From IMG/VR virus record IMGVR_UViG_3300034117_001294, positions 124,001-188,000 of that record: a DNA stretch of 64,000 nucleotides; one strand, 5' to 3'. Position numbers and translations under genes: made by a program. Below are positions 48,242 to 58,500 of the stretch, piece after piece; the first letter of the stretch is position 1, and every line of letters begins with the position of its first letter. The notes below the pieces were generated by a model that did not search any database, was not told where the DNA came from, and saw nothing but the letters and a program-made list of their open reading frames with translations.

Positions 48242-48721
48242 ATGTGGCAATTAACTTGGATGCTAGGTCTATTACCTGATTGGTTTTGGGCATTAGTATT
48301 AATAGCAGGAGTGCTGGCGGTGCTAGCATCATTTGTTCTCAAGTTCATTCCTTTTGTTTCTACATACCGCTTGCCTTTACAGGTTGGCGGTATTTTAGCT
48401 TTGTTAGTGGGAGTTTACTTTCAAGGAGTAATTGCCAATGAAGCAAAGTGGGAAGCACGAGTAAAAGAATTAGAAGCTAAGTTAGTAATAGCCGAACAAG
48501 AAAGCAAACAGACAAATACTGTTATACAAGAAAAGATTGTAAAACAAAAAGAATTTGTCAAAGGCAAAACTGAATATATTACAAGATATATTGATAAAGA
48601 AATTATCAAGAAAGAAGAAATTGTCAAATATATCGAAACTTGTCCAGTTCCAAAAGAAATTATTGAGCTACATAATGCTGCTACTGAAATGAACAAAGCC
48701 GCAGAAGGAGCAAAGAAATGA
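48242..48721 (+). CDS. i-spanin (Rz-like)
   Basis: N-terminal TM helices and coiled coil, directly after the endolysin. Confidence 0.65.
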   Translation: MWQLTWMLGLLPDWFWALVLIAGVLAVLASFVLKFIPFVSTYRLPLQVGGILALLVGVYFQGVIANEAKWEARVKELEAKLVIAEQESKQTNTVIQEKIVKQKEFVKGKTEYITRYIDKEIIKKEEIVKYIETCPVPKEIIELHNAATEMNKAAEGAKK

Positions 48722-48987
48722 AATACAGTATTTTAGCACTTGTATTTTTTCTAGCAGCGTGTTCTACTGCGGTACCCGTAAAACAAAAATGGCCCGAGGC
48801 ACCTAAAGAACTTTTAGACAAGTGCCAGGCTTTGCAAAAAGCAGACCCTTCAAAGCCTGCTATAACAGATTTGCTAAAAACTGTAGTAGAAAATTACGGA
48901 CTGTATTATCAATGCAGTTTGAAGGTAGAAGGTTGGAATGAATGGTACACTGAGCAAAAACGAATATTTGATAATTCAAATAAATAA
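48718..48987 (+). CDS. o-spanin (Rz1-like lipoprotein)
   Basis: Lipobox LAAC, Pro-rich P..PKELL..C; 4-nt overlap with the i-spanin. Confidence 0.7.
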   Translation: MKYSILALVFFLAACSTAVPVKQKWPEAPKELLDKCQALQKADPSKPAITDLLKTVVENYGLYYQCSLKVEGWNEWYTEQKRIFDNSNK

Positions 48988-49014
48988 TTAACACTACACT
49001 TATTAGGAGCGACA

Positions 49015-49551
49015 ATGTCAGAAGTGAAACCACTATCACGTTCAGAGCGTGAAGCAAAGATTAAAGACAAAGCAGGATGGGTCATTACCGTCATTGCTCT
49101 GTTACTAGCAGGCAACACATATGTTGCTAGCGGATTTAGTAGCAAAATTTTAGGTAATACTATTAAAGCTAACGATACTTGGAACTTTTATCAGGCAAAA
49201 AGTATCAAGCAAAGTATTGCAGAAGGTCAATTAGAAGCTACTAATGATACCCAACGTAAGGCCACACTACAGGCTAAAATTGATCGATACGAAAGTGATC
49301 CTAAGTCAGGTGAAGGAAAGAAAGAACTGATGGCCAAAGCTATCAGCATCGAAGCAGAACGAGATCAGGCTAAACAACATACACCGTGGCTAACATTTGC
49401 TGGCATGGCTTTCCAACTAGGAATCGTGTTGTTAAGTGCAAGTATTCTAGCTGTCAGTATGCCCATGTTTTGGGGCAGTATTGCAGTAGGTGCATTTGGT
49501 TCTCTACTACTAAGTCAGGGCCTGTGGCTGTGGCTACCACTATCACTATAA
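49015..49551 (+). CDS. DUF4337-like membrane protein
   Basis: TM - ANDTWNFYQAKSIKQ coiled coil - two TMs. Confidence 0.55.
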   Translation: MSEVKPLSRSEREAKIKDKAGWVITVIALLLAGNTYVASGFSSKILGNTIKANDTWNFYQAKSIKQSIAEGQLEATNDTQRKATLQAKIDRYESDPKSGEGKKELMAKAISIEAERDQAKQHTPWLTFAGMAFQLGIVLLSASILAVSMPMFWGSIAVGAFGSLLLSQGLWLWLPLSL

Positions 49552-49560
49552 GGGGCGATC

Positions 49561-50094
49561 ATGACAGAAGAAGTTAAACAAAGCGAAAGCGAAAAGAAAA
49601 AAGAAGATTGGATGAACAGTAAGTGGCGTCCAATGATGGGATGGATGTATATGGTTGTCTGTACTATGGACATGGTTATATTTCCAATTCTGTGGAGTTT
49701 ATTACAAACTACAACAGGCACACAAATCACACAATGGAATCCGTTAACCCTGCAAGGTGCTGGATTATTCCATATTGCAATGGGTGCTGTTTTAGGTATT
49801 GCGGCATTTGGTCGAACTCAGGAGAAATTAAATGGAGCAAACAATGGAGGCATCTCCGTACCATCAACTAACGGTCCAGCATTTGGCTCGCCGTCAGCAG
49901 GAGGCTTCGGCACACCCAGTAGCTTTGGTTCACCAGCAGCAACACCGAGTTTCGGAGCACCGGCAGCAGGCCCAAGTTTTGGAGCACCAGCAGCAAGGTC
50001 ACCAGTAACTCAACCATCGTTTACTCCTAGCTCAACATTTGTTTCAAGCAGCGGTAAGCCGGGTCCTATGCAGGGCCCAGATCCAGAACTATAA
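49561..50094 (+). CDS. holin-like membrane protein with low-complexity tail
   Basis: WMNSKWRPMMGW..., FHIAMGAVLGIAAFGRTQEK; lies in the lysis cassette. Confidence 0.6.
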   Translation: MTEEVKQSESEKKKEDWMNSKWRPMMGWMYMVVCTMDMVIFPILWSLLQTTTGTQITQWNPLTLQGAGLFHIAMGAVLGIAAFGRTQEKLNGANNGGISVPSTNGPAFGSPSAGGFGTPSSFGSPAATPSFGAPAAGPSFGAPAARSPVTQPSFTPSSTFVSSSGKPGPMQGPDPEL

Positions 50095-50105
50095 AAGGAA
50101 AAACT

Positions 50106-50309
50106 ATGAAAAATATTATTTTTGTCGCAGGTCTAGCATTAGCATTAGCTACAGGAGCCCAGGCTGAAGAAGCTAAACCAGAAACTAAAAAAGTGTGTGT
50201 TAAAACCACAGATGCAAAGACTCAGAAAGAAGTTGAAAAGTGCAAAACTGTAAAAATACACGAAAAGCACGAAGGAACAAAAGTTCCAGAAAAAGCACCT
50301 AAGAAATAA
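50106..50309 (+). CDS. small exported basic protein
   Basis: Signal peptide A-Q-A|EE, Cys pair. Confidence 0.55.
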   Translation: MKNIIFVAGLALALATGAQAEEAKPETKKVCVKTTDAKTQKEVEKCKTVKIHEKHEGTKVPEKAPKK

Positions 50310-50315
50310 TCTTAG

Positions 50316-50344
50316 TTGACAATTAGAAAAAGGTATAGTATAAT
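50316..50344 (+). promoter_or_regulatory. consensus sigma70 promoter embedded in a palindrome
   Basis: TTGACA-17 bp-TATAAT; arms AAAAGGTATAGT/ACTATACCTTTT flank the -10. Confidence 0.8.
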
Positions 50345-50361
50345 AAACTATACCTTTTCTT

Positions 50362-51195
50362 ATGGACCATTACAAAACTTTAGGCATTTCAAAAGAAGCA
50401 ACACAAGACGAAATTAAAAAAGCGTTTCGTAGTCTAGCTTCAAAACATCACCCAGATAAGGGAGGTGATACTGCCTCTTTTCAAAAAATTCAAGAAGCAT
50501 ATGCTACACTGGGAGATCCAGAAAAACGAGCAGCATATGATAATCCCAGTCCGTTTGGACAAGATCCATTTGGAGGATGGCAACAGGCAAATACCGGCGG
50601 AGTTCCGCAAGGATTTGAACAATTCTTTCATCACTTTGGTCCAGACCTGGGTGCAGTGTTTGGCAGAAGGCCTCAGCGTAATAAAAATATAAATCTTGAA
50701 ACAGTTATTAGTCTAGAAGAAGCATTTGCTGGTAAAGAAATTATTGCAAGCTATCGTTTAATAAATCATCAAGAAAGAACGTTTGAAGTTAAAATTCCTG
50801 CTGGTATTAATGATGGAATAGTACTAAGGATTGCAGGTGCAGGAGATAATTCATTTGCAGGTATGCCTCCCGGTGATGCTATGCTGTCAGTAAGAATTCG
50901 CCCTCACTCAAGATTTCAGAGAAATGGAAATGATCTTGTTGAACAGATTAATATCACTGCCTGGGATGCAATGTTAGGCAAAGACCTTGAAGTAATTACA
51001 GTTGGAGGAGATAAACTAACTGTTCAAATAAAAGAAGGCACTCAACCAGATTCGTTCCTACGAATACAAGGCTACGGAATGCCAGTAATGAATAATCCCG
51101 GTATTAAAGGCAATCATATGATACTGATTAAAGTATCAATTCCTAATAACCTTACAGAGTATCAAAAGAATACACTGAGATCAATTGCATCTTAA
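50362..51195 (+). CDS. dnaJ: DnaJ class II (CbpA-like) co-chaperone
   Basis: J-domain with HPD, G/F-rich linker, C-terminal domain; no Cys zinc finger. Confidence 0.85.
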   Translation: MDHYKTLGISKEATQDEIKKAFRSLASKHHPDKGGDTASFQKIQEAYATLGDPEKRAAYDNPSPFGQDPFGGWQQANTGGVPQGFEQFFHHFGPDLGAVFGRRPQRNKNINLETVISLEEAFAGKEIIASYRLINHQERTFEVKIPAGINDGIVLRIAGAGDNSFAGMPPGDAMLSVRIRPHSRFQRNGNDLVEQINITAWDAMLGKDLEVITVGGDKLTVQIKEGTQPDSFLRIQGYGMPVMNNPGIKGNHMILIKVSIPNNLTEYQKNTLRSIAS

Positions 51196-51203
51196 ATATT
51201 ACT

Positions 51204-51704
51204 ATGTTGACAATTATAAAAAATCCAGACCCAATATTGGCTGAAAGAATGCCAGAATTTGATTTTGAAAATCCACTAACCGATCCTGTTCAACTTGAAA
51301 AAGACATGATTGAAGCTATGCTTGCCAATGGCGGCATTGGATTATCTGCTAATCAAATAGGTGTTAGAACTCGTATGTTTGTTATGGGACATCAGAAATA
51401 TCGAGATCATGCACAGGCATTTTTCAATCCAATCATTGCGAGAGTAACAGACGACTTGCTCGAAGAAGAGGAAGGATGCTTGAGTTTTCCCAACATTTAT
51501 GCTAAAATAAAAAGACCAAGAGGAATTCTTGTTAGGTTTCAAAACTCAAAAGGTGAGACCCAAGAAGCTGAATTTTTTGGTTACGAGTGTCGATGCTTTT
51601 TACATGAATTTGATCATCTAGAAGGAATCACATTTCAAAATAGAACAAGTGCTCTCAAGTGGGCGTTGGCAGTAAAGAAATCAATCAAAAGGAAATACAA
51701 ATAA
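51204..51704 (+). CDS. def: peptide deformylase
   Basis: GIGLSANQIG, EEGCLS, HEFDHLEGI. Confidence 0.95.
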   Translation: MLTIIKNPDPILAERMPEFDFENPLTDPVQLEKDMIEAMLANGGIGLSANQIGVRTRMFVMGHQKYRDHAQAFFNPIIARVTDDLLEEEEGCLSFPNIYAKIKRPRGILVRFQNSKGETQEAEFFGYECRCFLHEFDHLEGITFQNRTSALKWALAVKKSIKRKYK

Positions 51705-53974
51705 TGCTGGAACCAAATAACGATCTCGAAGGAATGTTTGAACGTGCGATCGAAGTTGCCGCTAAACATAAACATGAGTATATCACGCTGGAACATTTTT
51801 TGTACAGTATGATAACTGATGAAAACTTCAAAGGGATGCTAAAAGATTTTGGTGCCGAAGTTGAGTTGTTAAAGAAGAGTCTCGAAAAGTTTATTCGAGA
51901 TGATCTTAACGATATTAAAACTGACAAAGAAAATTATCGTCCAAAGAAAACAAACACTGTAGAGCGTATGTTGAATCGTGCTTTTACACAAGTGTTGTTT
52001 AGCGGCCGTACAGTAATTGAACCAATTGACTGCTTTATTAGTATTTTTAGTGAAAAGAAGAGCTTTGCTAACTTCTTTCTACGCAAGGCTAAAATTGATA
52101 AAGACAAGTTTATTGAATTTCTACATAACAGTGCGTTAAACGAAGACGGTGAGGCTAGCGAAGTAGGTAGCAATCAACTAGAAAAAATGATTGTTCAATA
52201 CTGTGCAAACTTAACTAATAGGGTCAAGCAGAAAAAGATTGATCCTGTTATCGGTCGTGAGAAAGAAATTGAAGAAATTCAACTTGCACTAGCACGCCGT
52301 CAAAAATCAAATGTTATGTTGATCGGCGACCCAGGTGTAGGTAAAACTGCTATTGCAGAGGGCCTTGCTCGCAAGATTGAAGAAGGCAAGGTTCCTAAGT
52401 TTATTCAAGGTCATACTGTTTACAGTCTAGATATCAGTGCATTACTAGCAGGCAGTAAGTATCGTGGCGACTTTGAAGAACGCTTAAAGATGGTTATTAC
52501 TGCACTTGAAAAGAAAAAGAACTGTATCTTGTTCATCGACGAAGCACATATGATGAACGGTGCTGGATCAGCAAGTGGCGGATCTAATGACATGGCAAAT
52601 ATGTTGAAACCAGCATTAGGTAAAGGTACTATCAAAGTTGTGGCATCGACTACATGGGAAGAATTCCGTAAGCACTTTGAAAAGGATCGTGCCCTGATGC
52701 GTCGATTCCAACGTGTTGTAGTTAACGAGCCAGATGAAGCTACTGCTATTAAAATCCTTAAAGGTCTTAAGAAGTACTATGAACAGCATCACGGTGTTAA
52801 GATCACTAATCAGGCAGTTATTGACAGCGTAAAATATTCTATCAAGTATATGACTGATAAGAAGCTGCCAGATAAAGCAATTGACCTAATTGACTGTGCA
52901 TGTGCTAGATTCAAAGTCAGAGACGAAGAAGCAGGCATTGTTGATCACGATGAAATTTTATTTGAAGTGTCAAAGTTAACTGGCTTACCTTTAGATCAAA
53001 TTGCACAAAAAGAAAACAAGAATCTTAAAGACCTTGACAAGAACATGCGTAACAAAGTGTTTGGTCAGGAAACTGCAATTGAAATATTGTTAGATAAAAT
53101 CTTTATTGCACAAGCAGGTTTAAAGAGCTTAAACAAACCAGTAGGTAGTTTCCTATTTACAGGACCAACCGGTGTAGGTAAGACTGAAACTGCAAAAGTA
53201 TTGGCTGCAAGTATGGGAGTAGAACTAGTTCGCTTTGATATGAGTGAATTCCAAGAGAAACACTCAATTGCTAAGTTTATTGGTGCTCCCCCCGGCTATA
53301 TTGGATTTGAAGACAATGCAGGTATGTTGATTACCAAACTGCAAGAGCATCCAACTGCTATTTTACTGTTTGATGAAATTGAGAAAGCTCATCCTGATGT
53401 TGCTAACTTACTACTACAAATGATGGACAATGGTTATGTTACTGGATCTAATGGTAAGAAGGCTGATGGTCGAAATGCCATTCTTATCCTTACTAGTAAT
53501 TTAGGTGCTGCCGATAACGATCGTAATGCAGTTGGATTTAGTAGTTTAGAAAGAGGTGACGAAACTGATGGTGCAATTAACAGTTTCTTTAAACCAGAAT
53601 TCCGCAATCGATTAGACGGTATTATCAAGTTTGGTAAACTAGATCACAATACCATGGCTAAGATTGTCAAGAAGTTTATTGACGAACTAAACAGTTTGTT
53701 GAAAGATAAGAATGTTGCTGTTAAGTTAACTGCTGACGCTGCCGAATTGTTAATCAAGAAAGGATTTAATCGTAAGATGGGTGCTCGTCCACTACAACGT
53801 ACAATTGATGATATGATTAAGAAGCCGCTGAGTAAGGAAATTTTATTTGGTCGGTTAGTAAACGGTGGAGTTGTTGAAGTAGGTGCTAACAGTAATGATC
53901 TTACCTTAACTTATCCTGAAATTTTACCCGTAGTAGAAAATGTTGAAATTGATAAAGCGACAGAAAGTCGATAA
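51704..53974 (+). CDS. clpA: ClpA-type AAA+ unfoldase
   Basis: N-domain HEYITLEH, two Walker A motifs (GDPGVGKT, GPTGVGKT), FIDEAH, RFDMSE, VGF ClpP-docking loop, GARPL; ATG at 51704. Confidence 0.9.
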   Translation: MLEPNNDLEGMFERAIEVAAKHKHEYITLEHFLYSMITDENFKGMLKDFGAEVELLKKSLEKFIRDDLNDIKTDKENYRPKKTNTVERMLNRAFTQVLFSGRTVIEPIDCFISIFSEKKSFANFFLRKAKIDKDKFIEFLHNSALNEDGEASEVGSNQLEKMIVQYCANLTNRVKQKKIDPVIGREKEIEEIQLALARRQKSNVMLIGDPGVGKTAIAEGLARKIEEGKVPKFIQGHTVYSLDISALLAGSKYRGDFEERLKMVITALEKKKNCILFIDEAHMMNGAGSASGGSNDMANMLKPALGKGTIKVVASTTWEEFRKHFEKDRALMRRFQRVVVNEPDEATAIKILKGLKKYYEQHHGVKITNQAVIDSVKYSIKYMTDKKLPDKAIDLIDCACARFKVRDEEAGIVDHDEILFEVSKLTGLPLDQIAQKENKNLKDLDKNMRNKVFGQETAIEILLDKIFIAQAGLKSLNKPVGSFLFTGPTGVGKTETAKVLAASMGVELVRFDMSEFQEKHSIAKFIGAPPGYIGFEDNAGMLITKLQEHPTAILLFDEIEKAHPDVANLLLQMMDNGYVTGSNGKKADGRNAILILTSNLGAADNDRNAVGFSSLERGDETDGAINSFFKPEFRNRLDGIIKFGKLDHNTMAKIVKKFIDELNSLLKDKNVAVKLTADAAELLIKKGFNRKMGARPLQRTIDDMIKKPLSKEILFGRLVNGGVVEVGANSNDLTLTYPEILPVVENVEIDKATESR

Positions 53975-54623
53975 GCTATTCTACAACAAGTGGCCCTACA
54001 AGATTGAATGTCTTGTATCGGCCTCTAGTAGAATAGTTCGATATGGTGCTGACACTGTTTTAGATTATTGTGACGGTAAGGTTGCTAATCTGGGATATTC
54101 AAAGATTGCAGTTGACAAGGATAAACTTCGTGAATTTACCAAGGCAGTTATATCTTACCTAGGTCGCAAAGAAGAAATACAGGTCAGAGCAGAGGGCAGT
54201 AAGTTCTGCCTTTTCTGTAAAGACCCTGCTGTCTATGACAGTATTGTAAAAGACTTATCTCCTTGGGTATGGACAATATCCGAACCAGAAACTCCGGACC
54301 AATTAACATTCTTATTAGATAACGAAAACAAACGAATTTTATGTGATGTTATTCCATATGAAAAATACGCTTATAAAGTTGTTATGCGAAGTGTAGCATC
54401 TAATGTGAAATTTCAATTCTACGAGTGGGCTAAAAAATACGGCGACAATATTAAAATTAGTCCCACAACCGAAAAATGGATGACTGGAAGATACTCTTAT
54501 AAACAAGATCCGTTCTTTTATGTCAAGGACAGTAAGATGTTAACCATGACTCATTTGTTCTTAGGTAATAACATTCGTAAAGTGTACGAATACATACCTC
54601 GAGATACATTAGTTAAGGGCTAA
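53940..54623 (+). CDS. hypothetical protein
   Basis: ORF in operon. Confidence 0.6.
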   Translation: MLKLIKRQKVDKLFYNKWPYKIECLVSASSRIVRYGADTVLDYCDGKVANLGYSKIAVDKDKLREFTKAVISYLGRKEEIQVRAEGSKFCLFCKDPAVYDSIVKDLSPWVWTISEPETPDQLTFLLDNENKRILCDVIPYEKYAYKVVMRSVASNVKFQFYEWAKKYGDNIKISPTTEKWMTGRYSYKQDPFFYVKDSKMLTMTHLFLGNNIRKVYEYIPRDTLVKG

Positions 54624-54644
54624 ATATAGCTTTAGAGCCGTAAT

Positions 54645-55094
54645 ATGCCATCACTAAGTAAGAGTTTTAAATTCACCGTATATACAGGAATAGGATCAAC
54701 TGGTACCAGTGTAGCAGTTGCATACCCACTTTATCCTATTGGTACCACAGGTACTCAAGTCTTTACCAGTGTTCCGGAACACGGAGCAGGTTATTATGGA
54801 ACTACTTCAGGTTTACACACGCTTATAGTGAATACTACTCCTACATTTGTAGGAACAGCAACTATCCAAGCTACGTTAGCAGTGAGTCCGGCGGATACTG
54901 ACTGGTTCAATATAGACAATGCGGAGTTTGTCTATACTACAAATAGCCCGGGCTATATACCTCCAGCTAGAGTAGGTGCCATTGAAGGTCCTATTCGCAC
55001 AGAACACCTTAATTTTACAGGACAATTTGCATGGTTACGTGCAATATTTGCTGTAAATTCCGGTGCTGTGACCTCAGTCAGCTACAATTACTAA
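54645..55094 (+). CDS. putative structural protein
   Basis: TAAATA upstream; Thr/Gly beta-rich. Confidence 0.5.
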   Translation: MPSLSKSFKFTVYTGIGSTGTSVAVAYPLYPIGTTGTQVFTSVPEHGAGYYGTTSGLHTLIVNTTPTFVGTATIQATLAVSPADTDWFNIDNAEFVYTTNSPGYIPPARVGAIEGPIRTEHLNFTGQFAWLRAIFAVNSGAVTSVSYNY

Positions 55095-55165
55095 GCAAAC
55101 ATTTCAGCTAAATACTCTACTAGAGCGTTAGCCTCTCTATTGGTTATATTAGGGCCTATAAACAT

Positions 55166-55540
55166 ATGCTATTAAATGAATTCTTTGGACGATTAAACAT
55201 CAAAAACGACAAGCCGTCGAGAAATGAAGAAACTGACAAACTTCAAGAAACACAGATGTTAGAGGATATACTAGAGTATATCATAAATGACGACAATTTG
55301 CATAAAAAGGTCTTCTTCCCAATCGCAGAAGAGATTGGAAACAAACCGACTGATGAGCATACTCCAAAAGTTTGGATGCCATTGGCAAACAAAGGCTGCA
55401 TGAAATTTTATCACAAATTTGATCTTAAAGAAGATCCTGTAAAGTTATTTTCTAAAGAGTTTAGAGAGTCTTTATGCACTCGATTATCAGAACACTATAA
55501 CGGCGACATTCTCAAAGGCCTATATCAATTAGGAAAATAA
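55166..55540 (+). CDS. putative internal head protein
   Basis: N-terminus MLLNEFF. Confidence 0.45.
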   Translation: MLLNEFFGRLNIKNDKPSRNEETDKLQETQMLEDILEYIINDDNLHKKVFFPIAEEIGNKPTDEHTPKVWMPLANKGCMKFYHKFDLKEDPVKLFSKEFRESLCTRLSEHYNGDILKGLYQLGK

Positions 55541-55541
55541 A

Positions 55542-58500
55542 ATGAATTTAAATGAGCTGTTTAGTAACAAAAAGAAAGTTGTGTCAGAAGGTGGAAATTT
55601 ATCGCTACCTGGCGGGCACGATGCACAGCAAATCGATCTTAAAGTGCATAATCGTTCCTACATTGTACCAATTTTAGATACACTGTTGATTAATATCAAC
55701 AGTTCTTTTGCAAAAAAATACAAAAAACCTTTGTGGAATCCGCAACTACTACAGAGTAAACAATTTCTAAGTGGAAGTAGTCTACACTTCTTTAATACCA
55801 AAGGTATTACTGACCAACAATTTGTAGAAAAGAAACCAAAAGTAGGCGACATTGACACACAGGTCAACAAAGAAAACGAACAAGAATTAGAACAATGGTT
55901 ATCTGCTAGTCAAGGTAAGATGGTAGGCAATGCCAAGTTCTTAGGTTTCCAAAGAGGCAACGAACAATTCTCCAGTTTATGGGAGCTACAAGACCCACCT
56001 ATTAAAGTGCAAATTGACTTAGAATTTGTAGAGTTTGACAAAGACGAACCCACTCCATGGAGCAAATTTAGTCATAGCAGCAGCTGGGATGATCTAAACG
56101 CAGGAGTTAAGGGTGTATTCCACAAGTTTTTAATTCAAAGTCTAGCATCATTAAGTAGAAAAGATTTCTTACTACGCAAAGCTGTAGGACGAGGCAAGGC
56201 CAAAGAAATACAAGATGTTCCTACAACTGATAACATGGTCAGCTTTGCAGTATCCAGTAAAGAAGGCGGCGGCCTACGTGCCAAATACGAACCAGTATTA
56301 GATGCAAACGGACAGCCTTTAATTAGTAACGGTATGCCAGTTATGCAGGCATTACCAGCAACTGGTTACGAACAAGACATTGGAAAGATTTTTGGATCTA
56401 TCTTTGGTTCGAGATTAAATCCTAAACAAGCTGCACAATTAGAAAGCAAGTACTGGAGCTTTACTGGTTTAGTTGATGCAATGAATACGCTAGTAACTCC
56501 AGAAGAAAAGCAGTCAGTGTTGTCTGCATTTATTGACAAAATATTTGGCAAGGGTGCCCAAGGTCTTTACAAAGGCGATCCAGAGCGTGATAGTGCAGAA
56601 AAATCTGCTGCATTGGATTTAATGATCAATAAATTAGGAGTTCAGACACCTAGTGATCTTGAACAGATGAAGCAGCAATACAAGGCATCGTACAGAGTTA
56701 CTGCTGAAAGTTTGCAAGAAGCAGAAGTTAAAGCACAGTTCCGTAAGAACATGCCACACCTACGTGATCTAAAGCCTATTGACTTTTTAGATCTATTGGA
56801 CGAGATTCACGATGGTAATGGTAATTTTAAATTACAAAACATTCCGTTAAATGTTAAGATTGACGGATTTGGCGGACGTTTTGGTAAGGATGCAGAAGGC
56901 AAGCCTTTTATGGCTACCAGCAATACTCCTCCAAGATATAAAGCAGGATTTGTACAATATCATCAAGACAAGGGCACAACTGATCCTGAAATTTTAGGTC
57001 GTGCAGAAAAGTTTGATGAACTGTTTAATGAAATGATGAACGCTATCAAATTGGTTGATAGCAAGCTAGGTGCAGACTTTCTTGTTAATAAACAGGTCAC
57101 CTGTGAAGTATTGTTCTTGCCGTTTGCAGCCGAAACGTCAGAGGGCAAATTAAAATTTGTAGGAATTCAATACGATAAGTTTCCTCCAGGTGTAGAATTA
57201 GTTCTTGTGCCGTTCCGTGTAGTAGATGCTAGTTCCGGAGAAGATGTACCTGATGCTAACGATGTTGTTACAAGTCTAAGCAAATTAGGCGGACAAGGAA
57301 GTGTTAGATTCCTTAGTAATAGTCTAGTACAAAAAGACGGACTTGATGTTACTGAGATTATTAATCCTTTAGATAATATCGAAGAACTAAAACAAATTGT
57401 ATCTGACACAGCAGGCAAAAGAGATCGTGCCAGTTTGCAACTAAGACGCGAAGTAGAAGAAAAATTAATGCCTGTTAAGATTGCACTGGAAAAGGCAATT
57501 GATGCAGATCCTAACATTATTGGCAAAGATATATTAGGTCAAGACTACGAAGGTATTGTTATCAACAGTCGTCTTGGCCCTATCAAAGTTACTAGCCAAC
57601 AACAAAAAGATATTATTACCCAAAAGAACGCTGCCAAAGCTGCCGCTCGTGCAGAACAGCCGCGTGGTGAAAACAAAACTGCGGTAGTTGCTATCGGTAG
57701 CTTTGTGGGACACAAAGGTCATCAACAGCTATTTGGTCTTACAATTAATAAGGCAAAAGAAGTCAGCGGCGATCCTTATCTGTTTATGGGCAGTGCAGTA
57801 GGTGCAGACGATCCTATTCCAGTTGCTGACAAAATTAAAACTTGGAAACAATTGTATCCCGAGTATGCAGGCAATATCAGTGCTGTAACACAAGAGGGCG
57901 GATCTTTGATGCAAAAGATCAAGCACGAGTTAATCAACCCGTTGCCAGGCAAGCCACCACGCTACGATAATGTTATTATTATGGTAGGTGAAGATCAGGC
58001 CAAGATGCCTATCGCACAGGCCCTAATGAAGGCAGTTAATAAGTTTCCTGGATACGAGCATGTTAAGGTACAATTAGAAGTTACTCCTAGAGGAACTGGC
58101 ATGAGCTTTACTAAGCTACGTAACGTGTTAAAAACTGGAGATGAGCAACAAGCATTCCAAATGTGGAATGATGCATTCAATGGCGGCCAGGATGGAGCAA
58201 AACCATTACCGTCACAATGGATTAAACATTTAATGGATGTGTCAAAGACCGGAATGAGCACACCTCAACCAAAGCCAGCAGTTAAGAAGCCTGCTGTACT
58301 ACCTACTCCGCAGACTGTTCAACAACCTGCACTAGGTGAAATGAGATTGTTTAATGCACTAATGAGTCCTAAAAAAATTGTAAATGAAAAGACTATTGAA
58401 GAACGTAAACGTAAAAAAAGTAAAGGTGCAGCATGGGGTCCAGGGCCATATGGTTGGTACGGATTTGATGCAGGTTATAGTGGTAACGGTGGAGATGGTG

